A DNA stretch of 64,000 bases, taken from NCBI GenBank assembly GCA_001600695.1, contig BCKQ01000001.1, forward strand, positions 973,114 to 1,037,113. The letters are read 5' to 3'. Position 1 is the stretch's first letter; every line of letters starts with the position of its first letter. This DNA comes from Ascoidea asiatica JCM 7603 (taxonomy: Eukaryota; Fungi; Ascomycota). The notes below the pieces were generated by a model that saw only the letters and a list, made by a program, of their open reading frames with translations, was not told where the DNA came from and did no database searches. Made by a program: the position numbers and the translations under genes. Shown in pieces: positions 1-13,900 of the stretch.

Positions 1-1424
1 TTTTCATTATCTTGATTACTATCATCATCATCATCATCATCATCACTTTGATATAAACTGGCTATAGTTTTCTCTCTAGCTAAAGGTTCTCCCATTCCAT
101 ATACTGGGAACACTCCTCTTGGTGAATTTTTTATTCCATTATTATTGATTATTCTTATATGATTTTTATTTCTTTTACTAAAAGATTTAATAGATTTATG
201 AGATTTATGAGACCTATTTGATCTAGTAGACCTATTGGACCTATTTGACCTAACTGATCTATTAGATTGAACTGATTGAATTGTTTGATTTGTTAAACTT
301 CTTGATAAAATTAAATCTAATTTCTCTGATATACTTAATTCTCTATTATTATTATTATTATTATTATTATTACTAATATTATTATTATTGTTATTACTAT
401 TAATGTTGTTACTATTATCACTTGGACTTTGATTTTTTGTTTCATCACTACTCATTTCACTTTCACTTTCACTGTCATTATCATTATCATTATCATTTTG
501 ATTGTTATTATGAATATGTGAATGACTTTGAGTAGTTGGAACTCTGACAACTCTACTATCAATACCTAATTCAGGTTGTTCATCTTTTGCATCATAATTT
601 GGTAATCCAATTTTTTTACTATCTCTTTCAATAACAATTAAATGTAAATAATATGGTATTAAAATTGCAAATATTACTCCACCAAGAATATTACCTAAAG
701 ATCCTGGAATTAAAATTTTCCAAATATATTCTTTAGTTTTAATTTTTGAACCATTTAAAATTCCCATTGGACATAAAAACATATCTGCAACTGCATGAGT
801 AAAACCCATGGCAACAAATGTAAAAACTGGTAATAACATCATTAAAAATTTTACATGTAATGGTTTACACATAATTTGTAAATAAATTGCAATTGAAACA
901 AAAAAATTACATGCTATACCTTTTAAAAATGTTTCCATAAATGAATATTTTGATTTTTCTAAAATTATATCTATTGAACCTTTAATCATTGAATCACTTG
1001 AAGTTATTTTACTTAATTTACAAATAATATAACAAATAAATATATTACTTAATAAATTAAATAACCAAGAAATAAATAAACTTATTAATAAATCTAAAAA
1101 ATTTACTGCATTTCTTAAAATTCCAACAGTAAAAAATAAAATATTTGAATTAAATAAATCTGCACCCATTATTACAACATAAAATAAACCAATTGGATAA
1201 ACAAGACCTTGTAAAAGATGAATAATACCAGGATTTGTATTATAAATTTCAGGATTATCAGCTTGAACCATTAAATGTAACATACCACCAGAAGTAAATA
1301 AAATTCCTCCAACTATTGAAGATATTATTAAAGTATCTAATCTCATTCTTGCTTTTTTCATTGCAGTTGCAACTAAAGCTAAAGCAGCTTCATGAGGTGT
1401 TAAAAAATATGAATCATCCACCAT
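1..1424 (-). CDS. Formate/nitrite transporter family channel (YHL008C-like), 3' end runs off the window
   Basis: Missing from the ORF track because it is truncated. Manual translation from ATG at 1424 gives MVDDSYFLTPHEAALALVATAMKKARMRLDTL, matching the N-terminus of S. cerevisiae Yhl008c. FNT motifs GADLFNSN, GIACNFFVS and GFTHAVAD follow, then an Asn/Asp-rich tail. Confidence 0.9.
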   Translation of the reverse strand, partial: MVDDSYFLTPHEAALALVATAMKKARMRLDTLIISSIVGGILFTSGGMLHLMVQADNPEIYNTNPGIIHLLQGLVYPIGLFYVVIMGADLFNSNILFFTVGILRNAVNFLDLLISLFISWLFNLLSNIFICYIICKLSKITSSDSMIKGSIDIILEKSKYSFMETFLKGIACNFFVSIAIYLQIMCKPLHVKFLMMLLPVFTFVAMGFTHAVADMFLCPMGILNGSKIKTKEYIWKILIPGSLGNILGGVIFAILIPYYLHLIVIERDSKKIGLPNYDAKDEQPELGIDSRVVRVPTTQSHSHIHNNNQNDNDNDNDSESESEMSSDETKNQSPSDNSNNINSNNNNNNISNNNNNNNNNRELSISEKLDLILSRSLTNQTIQSVQSNRSVRSNRSNRSTRSNRSHKSHKSIKSFSKRNKNHIRIINNNGIKNSPRGVFPVYGMGEPLAREKTIASLYQSDDDDDDDDSNQDNE

Positions 1425-2311
1425 TTTTTTTTTTTTTTAATTAATTTGAATTAATTTAAATTGGTTATACTGTATATATTGTTGAAATATAAATAAGTAA
1501 GTACGTAAATTAACTAGATAATTCAATTTGAAACAATCATTATTTTATTAATATATATGAATTTATATTAATATATATTTATATATTTATATAATATGTA
1601 TTATACAGTATATGGTATATATAAGATATAGAATATTGATTCTAGAATTTATAAAGTAAAATAAATGATTAATAAATATTATTTTTTTATTATACATTTT
1701 AATAAGGTTAAATTAAATAAGTAATGTAAAAAAATGGAAAGTGAAATAATTAAAGCTAAAAGGGAGTATTTCATTAGTCAAAAGATCAGAAAAAGAAGAT
1801 GATTTTGACTGAGAGAAGTAAAAAAACCCGAAAGTCGAGATTGAAATATGTGATTAAGAAGTGAAGACGAAGTGAAGTTGAAGTGACTGGGTAAGTGAGT
1901 AAGCGACTAAGTGTTTAAGGGTACCAAGCGCACCCAGGGTACCAAGGGACTAGGAGCAGAGATGCCCCGCGGTGACAGGTCAACGGGAAGAGAAATGCCC
2001 CGCGGGTACTTCCGTCAGAGAGCAGATGACAACACCTCGAGAAGTGGAACAGCCAGCAAAAAAACACCCCGGAACAGTCGGAACTACAGGAAAAGAAGTC
2101 ATGATCTGGCTGGTAAAAGCCACAGTTATGGATTCAATTACGTAATGACTGTGAAGAGTAAGATTAATTTAAAAACATTAGAATTTATTGATATAATTAA
2201 GTAAATCAGTAAGAAAGAATAGAATATAAAATAATAATACAAAGATTGGAAACAAATAGATTACATAAAATGAATAAAGAGATAAAAGTAAGATAATCAT
2301 TAATTAGTTAA

Positions 2312-3652
<1,341 letters not shown>

Positions 3653-4154
3653 GCTTATTTATAAACTTCTTTCATTCATTCAATCATTCCTGTACTATTT
3701 CTTTACTTTTTAACTCCTTATTTTTCTATTCTTTCTTATATTACGGTACTTTGTTCTCATTTTTATTCTCATTTCTTATCCTCTTATATCCTTCTTTTTT
3801 GTATTAATAATCAATAATAAATAAATAAACACATAAATATAATAATTATATAAATAAATCATAAATATAAATATATGTTAATTATAAACAACTAATAATA
3901 ATATTATCAATAAGTTATTTTATGTGGAAATACTGTTACTAAGTAATAAGTTAGTAAATAACCGTGCTCGTAGTAAAATCTTAACTGTTACCGATAAAAC
4001 TTTATACATAGTAAAATAAAATAGAATCAAGTAAATTTTATCTACGGGTAATAATTTCATAGTAAATACCCATTTAATAAATATTCAATTATATTCAATT
4101 ATATTCAATTACACCAATATAATCACAAATAAATACTTCAGAATATAGTTAATA

Positions 4155-4416
4155 ATGAGTGATTTCATTGTATTATCTGATGAAAGTAGAGAATCTTCTC
4201 CAGGTTTTGAAACTGGAATGGAAGATATTTATGTAACTATAGAAGTACCATTAATAAATGAATCTTTAATTGCAACTAATTTTGATACTTCTCAATTGAA
4301 ACAACAACAATTATTACAACAAAATCCATTAAATCCATTAAATCCACAACAACAATCTTCTCAACTTCAACAACATAATAGATCTTCATATTCAAAATTA
4401 ATCTTAAATCAAAATG

Positions 4417-4448
<32 letters not shown>

Positions 4449-5591
4449 TCAAAAAGAAGATTACCAATATCTTTACAACAACAAGATGGTCCATTATCTT
4501 CAAGATTAAGAAATAAGATTCCATTGGATCAAGATATTGATAATGAAAATAATTTAGATCAAGATATAGATGGTGATTATAATTTAAATACTAATAATAA
4601 TAAAAATGGTAATAATAAAAAAACAACTACAATTTCTGAATTTCCTTTTAATTTTATTAAACCAACTTCAACTTTACAAATTTCTGGTTTAGAAACTTTA
4701 AATCCATTATTTAAAATTGATGATAATATATTTCAAGGTGATTGGGGTAAAATTGTTGGTACTGAGATTTTTTTAAATGATAATGGTAATTGTATTTTAC
4801 CAAAAATTCTACCAAATAATTTAGGTGGTATTAATGATAGAATTTTATTAAATTTTGGTAATTTAAAAGATAAAAATGAATTTAATAATAAAAATAATAA
4901 AAATAATATTAAATTACTTGATAAAGCTTTAGATATTTTTGAAAAATTTGATAATGAAGAAGAAAAAATTAATAAATTAAAATTAAGAAAATTAAAACAA
5001 ACTGAATATTATAAAAAAAGAAAAATTGCAAAAGAATTATCAAAATTAAATGAATCAAAATCAAAAGAAACTATTGATAATAATAATAAAAATGATAATA
5101 TAATTATACTTTCTGATGGTAAAGAATCTTCTGATAACGATATTGATGATTCAATGGTTATTGATATAGATGATTTAAAAGAAGAAATTAATAATAATTC
5201 TGATATAGAAATTGAAAAAAATGAAATTTCTACTTCTAAAATCAATGAAAATACTGAGAATACTGAGAATATTGAAAATAATAATTTAAATGATAAGGAA
5301 GATACAAGTTCAAATACTGAAATACAAAAAGAAATAATTAATGAAAATAATAATAAAGAAGATAATAACCAGAACGGTACTTCTAAAGATGATTATAAGG
5401 ATATATCTAACGAAGATCTTAAAGATCTTAAAAATGTACCTAAGGATGAACATAAAGATATAAATAAGGATAATGATAAGGATGACCCTAAAGATATAGC
5501 TAAGGATGATGATAAGGACGATCAGAAGGATGAACATATGGACGATGAAGATTATTATATGGAGAAATCTAGTAATAATTCAAAAGATTAA
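4155..5591 (+). CDS. TFIIIC subunit 6 / Tfc7-like triple-barrel domain protein with low-complexity expansions
   Basis: EDIYVTIEVP plus LQISGLETLNPLFKIDDNIFQGDWGKIVGTEIFL resembles the TFIIIC_sub6 (Sfc7/Tfc7 C-terminal) signature. The rest is N/Q/D/K-rich. Confidence 0.7.
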
Positions 5592-5839
5592 AATATTTTT
5601 ATTTAAATTTTTGTTTTATTAATTGTTTTAATTGTATTTTTAGATGTAAACAAATCCATTTTATTAAATGAAATTTAATAAATATTTATTAGTGGATAGT
5701 GATATATATAAAAAAGAAGAATAATAAAATCAAAAAAATAACTAAGAAAAAAAAATACCAAACCACCAAACCAACAAAAAAGTAAATTAGACTAAAATAG
5801 ATTAGGATAAGATTAAAAGAAGGTTATTAATTAAAGAGA

Positions 5840-6931
5840 TTATTTTAAGCCTTCAGATAAAGCTGTCATTCTAATAATTTCTTGTTCATTATTTAATGGA
5901 GAACTATCAAATTCATTATCATTAAAAGGTTGAAAATCTTGATGATTAAAATCATTTAATTTTGGTATTGGAAATTGAGTATTTTTATTGTTAATAACTT
6001 TATTACTATCATCACCAATTGAAGAAGTTGCAGGAGGACCAGGCATGAAAATAACTTTTGAATTTGAAGATTTAGCCATATTTTGCATAGCATCAAGATA
6101 TCTAATTTGCATTGCAGGTTTTGAAGCTAAAATATCAGCAGCTTTTCTCATTAATTTTGCACTTTCAACTTCAGCTTTTGCAGCAATAATTTTAGATTCA
6201 CCAATTCTTTTAGCTTCAGCAGCTAAACTTAAACTATTTGAAACATTATCAGTTAAAGAAAGATCTTTAATTAAAATTGATTCAATATGAACACCCCATT
6301 CTTCAGCAGTTTGAGCAATTAAATTTTCCATATCTAAAGCAATAATTTCTCTTTTTTCAATAATTTCTTGTAAATTTTTACCACCAATAACTTGTCTTAA
6401 AGTTGTTTGAGCTCTTTCATTTAAAGAAGAAGATAAATTTGTGATTGAAAAAGCAGCTCTATGAGGTTTATTAATATTATAATAAACAACAGAAGTTAAA
6501 TATACAGTAACATTATCTTTTGTTATACATTTTTGAGCAGGAACTTCAATATATTGAATTTTAACAGAAATTGTATTAATATTTTCAGATAAAACATTAA
6601 CTTTAACAAGACCAGGATCAGAGATTTTATATAATTGACCAAATCTTGTAATTAAACCAACATAACCTTGATCAACTCTTTTATAAGGATTTGGACAACA
6701 AAAACAAATTGGAATAACACCAAAAAATCCAATAAAATTACCAGCTGCAGTTAAAAATTTAGTATAAGCAGTATCATTTGTTGTTGGTTCCCATTCGGAA
6801 GCATAAGATAATTGAATATCTTGTTTTTTCAATGGTTGAGAATGAATAATTGGAGGCTGATTAGTAATAATTGGAGTTGGATTTTCATCAACAGGTTTAT
6901 TAAAAGATTCTTGTTCTTGAATAGTTGACAT
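5840..6931 (-). CDS. Stomatin / band-7 (SPFH) family protein
   Basis: Cys cluster ICFCCPNPY, SPFH core (ITKDNVTV, QTTLRQVIG, WGVHIESILIKD) and stomatin C-terminus AMQIRYLDAM. Confidence 0.93.
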   Translation of the reverse strand: MSTIQEQESFNKPVDENPTPIITNQPPIIHSQPLKKQDIQLSYASEWEPTTNDTAYTKFLTAAGNFIGFFGVIPICFCCPNPYKRVDQGYVGLITRFGQLYKISDPGLVKVNVLSENINTISVKIQYIEVPAQKCITKDNVTVYLTSVVYYNINKPHRAAFSITNLSSSLNERAQTTLRQVIGGKNLQEIIEKREIIALDMENLIAQTAEEWGVHIESILIKDLSLTDNVSNSLSLAAEAKRIGESKIIAAKAEVESAKLMRKAADILASKPAMQIRYLDAMQNMAKSSNSKVIFMPGPPATSSIGDDSNKVINNKNTQFPIPKLNDFNHQDFQPFNDNEFDSSPLNNEQEIIRMTALSEGLK

Positions 6932-8029
6932 TTTATATTAGATTATATTAAGTTATATTATATTATATTATATTGTATTAGATAAGGTTGTTTGAATAAT
7001 TGAATAATTGATTGAGAAAGTTTAAGAAATTAAGGATTGAAATTCATAAATTGATTAAGAAATTAAGTGAAATAGTTATTCATTTATATAGTATATTATT
7101 ATGTTAATTGAAAATAATAGAATAGGATAAACCAGGAAAGAATTGATTGAGGAAACAGTTTTAAGGAAAGTTAAACTAATTGTCAGCAATGAACCTCATA
7201 GAATTGTCTTTTTGGCCAAATTGTTACTAATTTTTCATTTTTTGCTTTCTTACTTTATTTATTATTTGCTATTTATTATTTATTATTCATGATTATGATT
7301 ATGACTTTGAAAGGTGTGAATTGTTTGTCAGTTTCTTTGTTAACATTGAAAAGTATTGAAGCTCAGCACAGTTTTAGCTTTGGTTTTAGCTTTTACTTTA
7401 GCTTTTAGTTCTTGTTTTAGTTACAAAACTGGTTCTCAAAGTCCAAGAAAGGCCTAGAAAGCTAAGAAACCCCAAGCAAAGCACGAGTATCAATTATTTT
7501 ACATGATTCTTATGTTTGTATTTAAGCCTTGAATTGTTTATTGAATCAGTGATATTATTTATTTATTTCATTCTTTATTTCTTTCTTTATTTCATTACTT
7601 CATTTATTATTATTTTATTATATTTTCTTGTCATTTCTTTGTTCGTGGTTCTTTGTTATGTGTGTTTGGGTTGGGTGTTTGTGGCTGATGATATCTTTTT
7701 TTCGGTACGCATGCATTCTTGGGAGACTCAACCTGTTTCCGCGTTGTTCCGCTCGGGTCTGCACTGTTTTTGGTTGTGGCTATGCCAACCAGGCGCAAAA
7801 GGTATACCACATTTAAAAGCATGAAGTAACATATAAAAAACATCCAAATTTATGGTATTACCATTGTGGTGGGTGCTAATAAATATCCGTTATTTTCCTA
7901 ACTCGGTTTTGCTTTCCATGACATGATCCGCATCGTTTATTCAGAACCCTGAAATTTCATGAAAAAGAAATTGCAATCATTGTAAGAAAGCCTGGATCTC
8001 GAGACTGGGTAACTTAGTTTTGATTTTGA

Positions 8030-8036
8030 TATAAAA
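8030..8036 (+). promoter_or_regulatory. TATA box of U3 gene copy A
   Basis: TATAAAA 58 bp upstream of the U3 5' end; same sequence and spacing in copy B. Confidence 0.75.
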
Positions 8037-8087
8037 GAAGAAAGAATCTCAACTTTTTTATTTAGTTTATTTCTCTTTTTTTTCTTT

Positions 8088-8458
8088 GTCGACGTACTTC
8101 AGTAAGTAGCTTACCATATGGTTCAAATAATAATAATAATATTAATAGTTTCAATTACTAACAAATTCAATAGTAGGATCATTTCTATAGGTCACGTCTC
8201 TCTTTGATTCTTCAAAAGAGCCATCAAATCCAACTTGGATGATGAGATGAAAACCATTGTGTCCATTGAATGAGAATTTCAATTAGTTTATCTGTGATCC
8301 TCTGTTGGTCTGGATATCTTGTTTTCAATTTGCCTTTCGTTTGTAAAGATATCCAATTTTGTTGATGTCTTGAGAAAGGAGCAATGATTTCAATCCAATA
8401 TTACATGCTTTTTCGGAAGGAGTAAATATTTGGATGGATAACAATGGCAGTCTGACAA
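8088..8458 (+). ncRNA. SNR17: U3 snoRNA gene, copy A; exon 1 8088-8101, spliceosomal intron 8102-8173, exon 2 8174-~8458
   Basis: The spliced 5' end GTCGACGTACTTCA|TAGGATCATTTCTATAGG matches yeast U3 boxes A'/A. Also present: CTCTTTGAnTCTTCAAAAGAG hinge region, box C' TGATGA, and 3' GGCAGTCTGAC (box D). The intron reads GTAAGT...TACTAAC(8156-8162)...TAG after nt 14, as in S. cerevisiae SNR17A/B. 3' end approximate. Confidence 0.97.
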
Positions 8459-8654
8459 GTTTTTAAAAATACATTTGAATTTTTATTTATTCAATTATTT
8501 AAATTCTATTATATAGTGTATATATTTTATAGCTCATTGAATACAATGAAGATTGTTTAATTGTTCTTTATATGTTTTTTTATTATTATTGTACAAAAAT
8601 TATAAAAAAAGTTTATCTTATTCTCATAATTTTTAAATTGTAATTATCTATTGA

Positions 8655-9911
8655 TTAATCTTTCTTACTTTTCTTCTTATTATCCTTTGATGAATATTGT
8701 AAAATCGAAGAAGACTCCGAATCAGATTCTGAAGATGAATATGAATTTGAAAGTGATAATGAATGAGTTGAATTTGAATTTGAATTGGAGGTGGCTATGG
8801 AAGAAAAAGAACTTGAAGAAATTGAAGATTTTAATTTGTTTTTACCAATACTATTAGTATTTGTATTTGTATTTGTAATTTCATTTTCAATTGATTTATT
8901 AATAATTGATTTACTATAAATAATTTGATTATAATCCCATCTTAAATTTTTATTATAATCAATTTTTGGTAAAAGATAAAGATTAGTGAAGAAATAAAAA
9001 AAATAACTTAATAAACCACCTGCAATTAAATCTATAAAATAATGATGATTTAAATACATTGTTGACCACCAAATCCAAAAAATATATGTGAAATAAATAA
9101 TTTTAAATTTAAAATTTGGTAAAATTTTATTTAAAAATAATATTGAATTTATTGCACATGCAGAATGTAAAGATGGAAAAGCACCAAAAACCATTGGAGA
9201 AGATTTAAAACCACTTGAATATAAATTTAAATTTAAAATTTTATCAATTCTTATTAAACCTCCTGGATTACCAATAATTTCATAATTTGCAGGTTTTAAA
9301 CCATAAATATTTTTATACCATGGAGGAGCACATGGAAAAATTAATTGAATTAAAACTCCAAAAAAATTCATGAAACCAAAAGAAAATGAAAATGCTCTAA
9401 GAGATTTTGGAGGAGCTTTAATAAAAATTAACATTGAAACTAAAAATGGTAAAACAAAATGAATTAAACCATATGGTAACCAAGCTAAAATATCTAAAAA
9501 TTTTAAATTTTTTTTTGATAAAATATTTGAATAATCATTACCAAATAATATTGTTTCTAAAGAAGGTAAAATTTGTACATTTATTGGAGGTCTAAGATTT
9601 GAATTTATTGAAGAAGAAGAATAAAATAAAGATAACCAAGATAGAATTGGTAAAGAATATAAAAAAAATTGATTTGATATTGGAAATAATAATAATAAAG
9701 ATAATGATAAAGTTAAAAATATTTTATTTGAAAGATTTAATAAATCTGAAATTATTAAGAAATTTGAAAAAGATAAAATTATTATAATATATTGTAAATC
9801 TAGTTTATTCCATTTATGATTTTTTAAATCATTAATTGTTAAGAATATATTAAAAGAAGTTTTTAATTCCGTTACTGATTTGGAAATTGAATTACAATTT
9901 TTATTTGACAT
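8655..9911 (-). CDS. AUR1: Inositol phosphorylceramide synthase catalytic subunit
   Basis: LDILAWLPYGLIHF, CAPPWY, GNPGGLIRID, FGAFPSLHS and YLNHHYFIDL motifs (PAP2-like His/His/Asp triad). Confidence 0.92.
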   Translation of the reverse strand: MSNKNCNSISKSVTELKTSFNIFLTINDLKNHKWNKLDLQYIIIILSFSNFLIISDLLNLSNKIFLTLSLSLLLLFPISNQFFLYSLPILSWLSLFYSSSSINSNLRPPINVQILPSLETILFGNDYSNILSKKNLKFLDILAWLPYGLIHFVLPFLVSMLIFIKAPPKSLRAFSFSFGFMNFFGVLIQLIFPCAPPWYKNIYGLKPANYEIIGNPGGLIRIDKILNLNLYSSGFKSSPMVFGAFPSLHSACAINSILFLNKILPNFKFKIIYFTYIFWIWWSTMYLNHHYFIDLIAGGLLSYFFYFFTNLYLLPKIDYNKNLRWDYNQIIYSKSIINKSIENEITNTNTNTNSIGKNKLKSSISSSSFSSIATSNSNSNSTHSLSLSNSYSSSESDSESSSILQYSSKDNKKKSKKD

Positions 9912-10985
9912 TTTGTATTTTATGGTATATTTTATATTGTATAGTATAATAGAGAGATATATATAAAGAGAGTGAGAGTGAGAGTGAGAGTGATAGTGAT
10001 AGTAGGAAAGAGTATAGTAATAATTAAGTAGAGCTAATCACGACAATAATTATGTGCAATTTTAGTTACTTATATATTATAATGAAAAATCACTTAATTT
10101 ACGAGTTAAATTGGATTAAAGTGATATGAATAGGGTTTGAATAGAATGGTTTAAGACAATAGATATCATAGTTGATTATTCATAGGATAATACATTGACA
10201 ATAGTATTGAAATTGAGAAGAAATCATTATCATATTATCATAAGCTAGTCTAAGAAGATTGGAAGAGAATAATTATTTAGGATTATGAGAAGACTCTGGA
10301 TCGAGAAATAAAAATTATTTAGGAATGAAATAAAGTGAAATAATTCAAGAATAAAGAAAATACTTGAAAATAATTGAAAATAATTGAAAATAATTGAAAA
10401 TAATAGATCATAAATAAAGGGTATTTTTGTGGTAGTGGTCGGGATAAGGTCTTTTGATTGGCTGACTGGATCCCCAGACAAAGTCATTATTTATTATTCT
10501 ATTACGCTGGTGGCAGTGGTGGCTTACTGATTGATTGTGTTAGCAGCTATTTATTTATTATCTCGCTGGATCTTATCAGTTCTGTTTAGTTCAGTTCAGT
10601 TCTTGTTCTGCCCGTGTGGCCTGCCGTGGAAAAAGACTGAATCGAGTGTTGTCCATAAGGAGACCCGTCTTTTTGGCTTCGGTTTGGTTTCCATTTATTT
10701 TTGTCCGTGATTCTGTTATATAGGACATTTAGTTTCTAATTACAGGGTATACTGCTGGTCCTAGATCTGTCTCATCTGCGGTATCTCGAATAAACATCAA
10801 ATAACATCGAATATAAGAATATTACTGAAGTAGGATAATAATTAGATAAATAAATAGATAATAGATAATGAATAATCAATCAATCAATTATAATCAATAA
10901 TCAACACATCAATACATTAACCAATTCAATAATCAATCATTATAACAAAACTCATCCAATTACAATTATTTCACAACTTTCATCA

Positions 10986-13900
10986 ATGAGTGCAGTTTGT
11001 TCTCTTGATGAACTTGTAGATTATATCATTGAGCAAGTCGCTTATGAATCTGATGATGGTTTATCTTTAAATTTATTATGGAATATAATCAAGTTAAAAC
11101 TAAATTTAAATCCAAATCAAAATTTATCAATTGATTTTAAAACTTCAATATGGAAACTATTAATAAATGAAAAAGATTTATTATTATATGATAAAATTAT
11201 CAATAATGATAATAATATTGATAATTTAAATCGAATTTCAATAAAAAAAAATTATATAAATTTAATTTCAAATGATATTAATAATGATATTGATAAAAAT
11301 TTAATTTTAAAATTAAATTTGGATCATCAATATCTTATATTAACTGGTGAAAATAAATTAAATTCAAATATTGGTATAAATTCATTTAATATTTTAAAAT
11401 TAATTATAAAAAAAAAATATAATGGACTTTTAGTTTTAGATATACCAAAATTTATTGGTCAAGATCCAAGAAGTTTAACATCAAGAATAAAAATTTTAAA
11501 AAAAAAAAATTTAATAAATTCAATTCAAATTACTCATTCTAAAAGAATTACTCATATTTTAGTATACTATAAATTCTTTAATCAATTTAATTCTCTTTAT
11601 AATAATCAAAATAATCAAAATAATCAAAATGATCAAAATATTGATAATGATTATTATATACATTCAATTTCAAAAAAATTAATTGTAGATTTAATTAAAA
11701 ATGCTCCAAATAATATTAGAAGTGTAAGAGATTTAAAAATTCAATTAAATTTAAATAATTTAAATTCAAATAAAAGATCTTTTAAAAATTTAATAAATTC
11801 TCTTGTTACAAATAATTATTTGAAAAAAGTTTTAGCTCCAACTAAAATTAATTCAAATAAAAAATTATTATGTCTTTTATATTTAAAAGATTTCAATTCA
11901 ACTTCAAATAATGATAATAATAATAATAATGATTCTGATTCAAATGATGAATTTGATTCAGATTCAGATCTAGATCTGGATTTAGATTCTGATGAAGACT
12001 CAAATGAAGATAATGAAGAAAATGAAAATCAGATTGAAAATCAAGAATTGGAAATTGAAAATGAAATTGAAAATAAAAATAAAATTAATCTTAATACTCA
12101 TTCAATTCCTTTAATTAATTCATTATTTCCATTAGAAAATCAATTACTTAAATTATCTGAAATTTCTAAAAATAATGGAATTTCAACTATGTTCCTACAA
12201 AAAAAGACTTTAGGTTGTAATACTTCAAGAACTTTTCATAAATATATGGATCTTTTTACAATTTCTATTAATAATAATAATAATAATAATTTAAATAATT
12301 TAATTAATAATATAACTGATATTAATATAAATGATTATTATAAAATTATTAGAGGTTATGATTTTTCTGGTAAAACTAAATTTTATAGATATTTTTCAAA
12401 AATTAATTATATCTCTAATTTTAATAATAATATTGATTTTAATAATTATAATAATATAAATAAATTTAATTTAATTAATGAAAAAAAAAATTATGATAAT
12501 TTACCAATTGTTAATTTTAATAATCTTAAATTTTTTAAAAGTTCTTTAACTTCAAATCCTTTACATTTAATGAAAGATGAATTTAATAATTTTTATATAA
12601 TTTGGCATGGTATGGAAAGATCAATATATTCATTAAAATCTATAAATTATTTTAAATTTACTATAATTAATGGAAATTTAAAAGAAATTCAATTAAATGA
12701 TAAAAAAAATTTATCTCCAAGTAAAAATAATATTAATAAAATTGTTACTAAACCTAATGGTAAACCTAGAGGTAGACCAAGAAAAATTATTGATGAATCA
12801 AAAATAGTTAAACCAAAAATTAAAGGTAAAAGAGGTAGACCAAAGAAAGTTACTAACAAAATTGAAAAAATTTCAAAAATTGAAAAAATTATTGAAATTA
12901 ATAAAGAAAATAGTACCAATAACAATGATAATGATATAAATATTAAGGAAAATAATAATAAAAAAAATGATAAGGATAAGAGCAATGATAATACGAATAA
13001 TACTACCGATGAAGAAATGGTTGATGCTTTGGAAACAATTGAATCAAACAAAGTTGATAAAGTGAATGATGTTAATGAAGTTGATAATACGAACGATGTT
13101 AATGAATTTGATAAAACTGATAAAGTCATTGAAATTAGTAATGTTGATAAAGTTAATGATGTTAATAATACAGATGAAATTAATGAAGTTTTATCAAATA
13201 TTAATGAAAAAGTTTCTTTACCAAACACTTCAAATGAAAATATGAGTAAAGAAACTATAAATGAATCTTCAAAAGAAAACAATATTTCTTCAGATGTTAT
13301 AGATCCCTCAATTCATAATGATTCAAGTACAAACTCAACATATTATACTGCTTCTTCGAAGGGTGAGCTAAATAATTCAAATCCAAACTCAAAAGAAAAT
13401 GAAATTGTAAGTGATTTTAATAAAAATGATAATATTGTAGATCAGGATACGACTATGATTGAAAATAATTCTCAAAATTCAGTTTGTACTACTGTTGCAA
13501 ATGATATCAATGAAAAGAGTATTGAAAAGAATATTGAAGAGAATATTGAAAAGAATAATTCCACTACTACTGAAAATAAAGAAGAAATTAATGTTGAAAA
13601 AAGTGATGAAAATATTGCTGAAAATATAGTTGAGGAGGATATTGAATATAATAAAAATCAAAATCAAATTCCGTCAGATAAGGCTGGCGAAATGTTAATT
13701 GAAGCTTCAATTGATATGTCAATTGCTAAACAATCTGTTTTAGTAAATGATAGCTTGAAAGGAGATTATCTTCAAATTCCTGAAACCAATTATTTAACAG
13801 AACAAGAAGATAATAATGATAATAATGATAATAATGATAATAATGATAATGATATTATTATCAACGATCTCAATCAAATAAAAATGCAAAGACCTTTAGA

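Noticed and set aside
1911-2204. 97-aa ORF over the GC island
   Set aside because: GTG start, atypical codon usage, no recognisable homology; explained by locally high GC in a promoter.
8030-8470. Dispersed ~440-bp direct repeat (with 56939-57375) first considered as solo LTRs or a mobile element
   Set aside because: No TG..CA ends, TIRs or target-site duplication; fully explained as U3 snoRNA genes.
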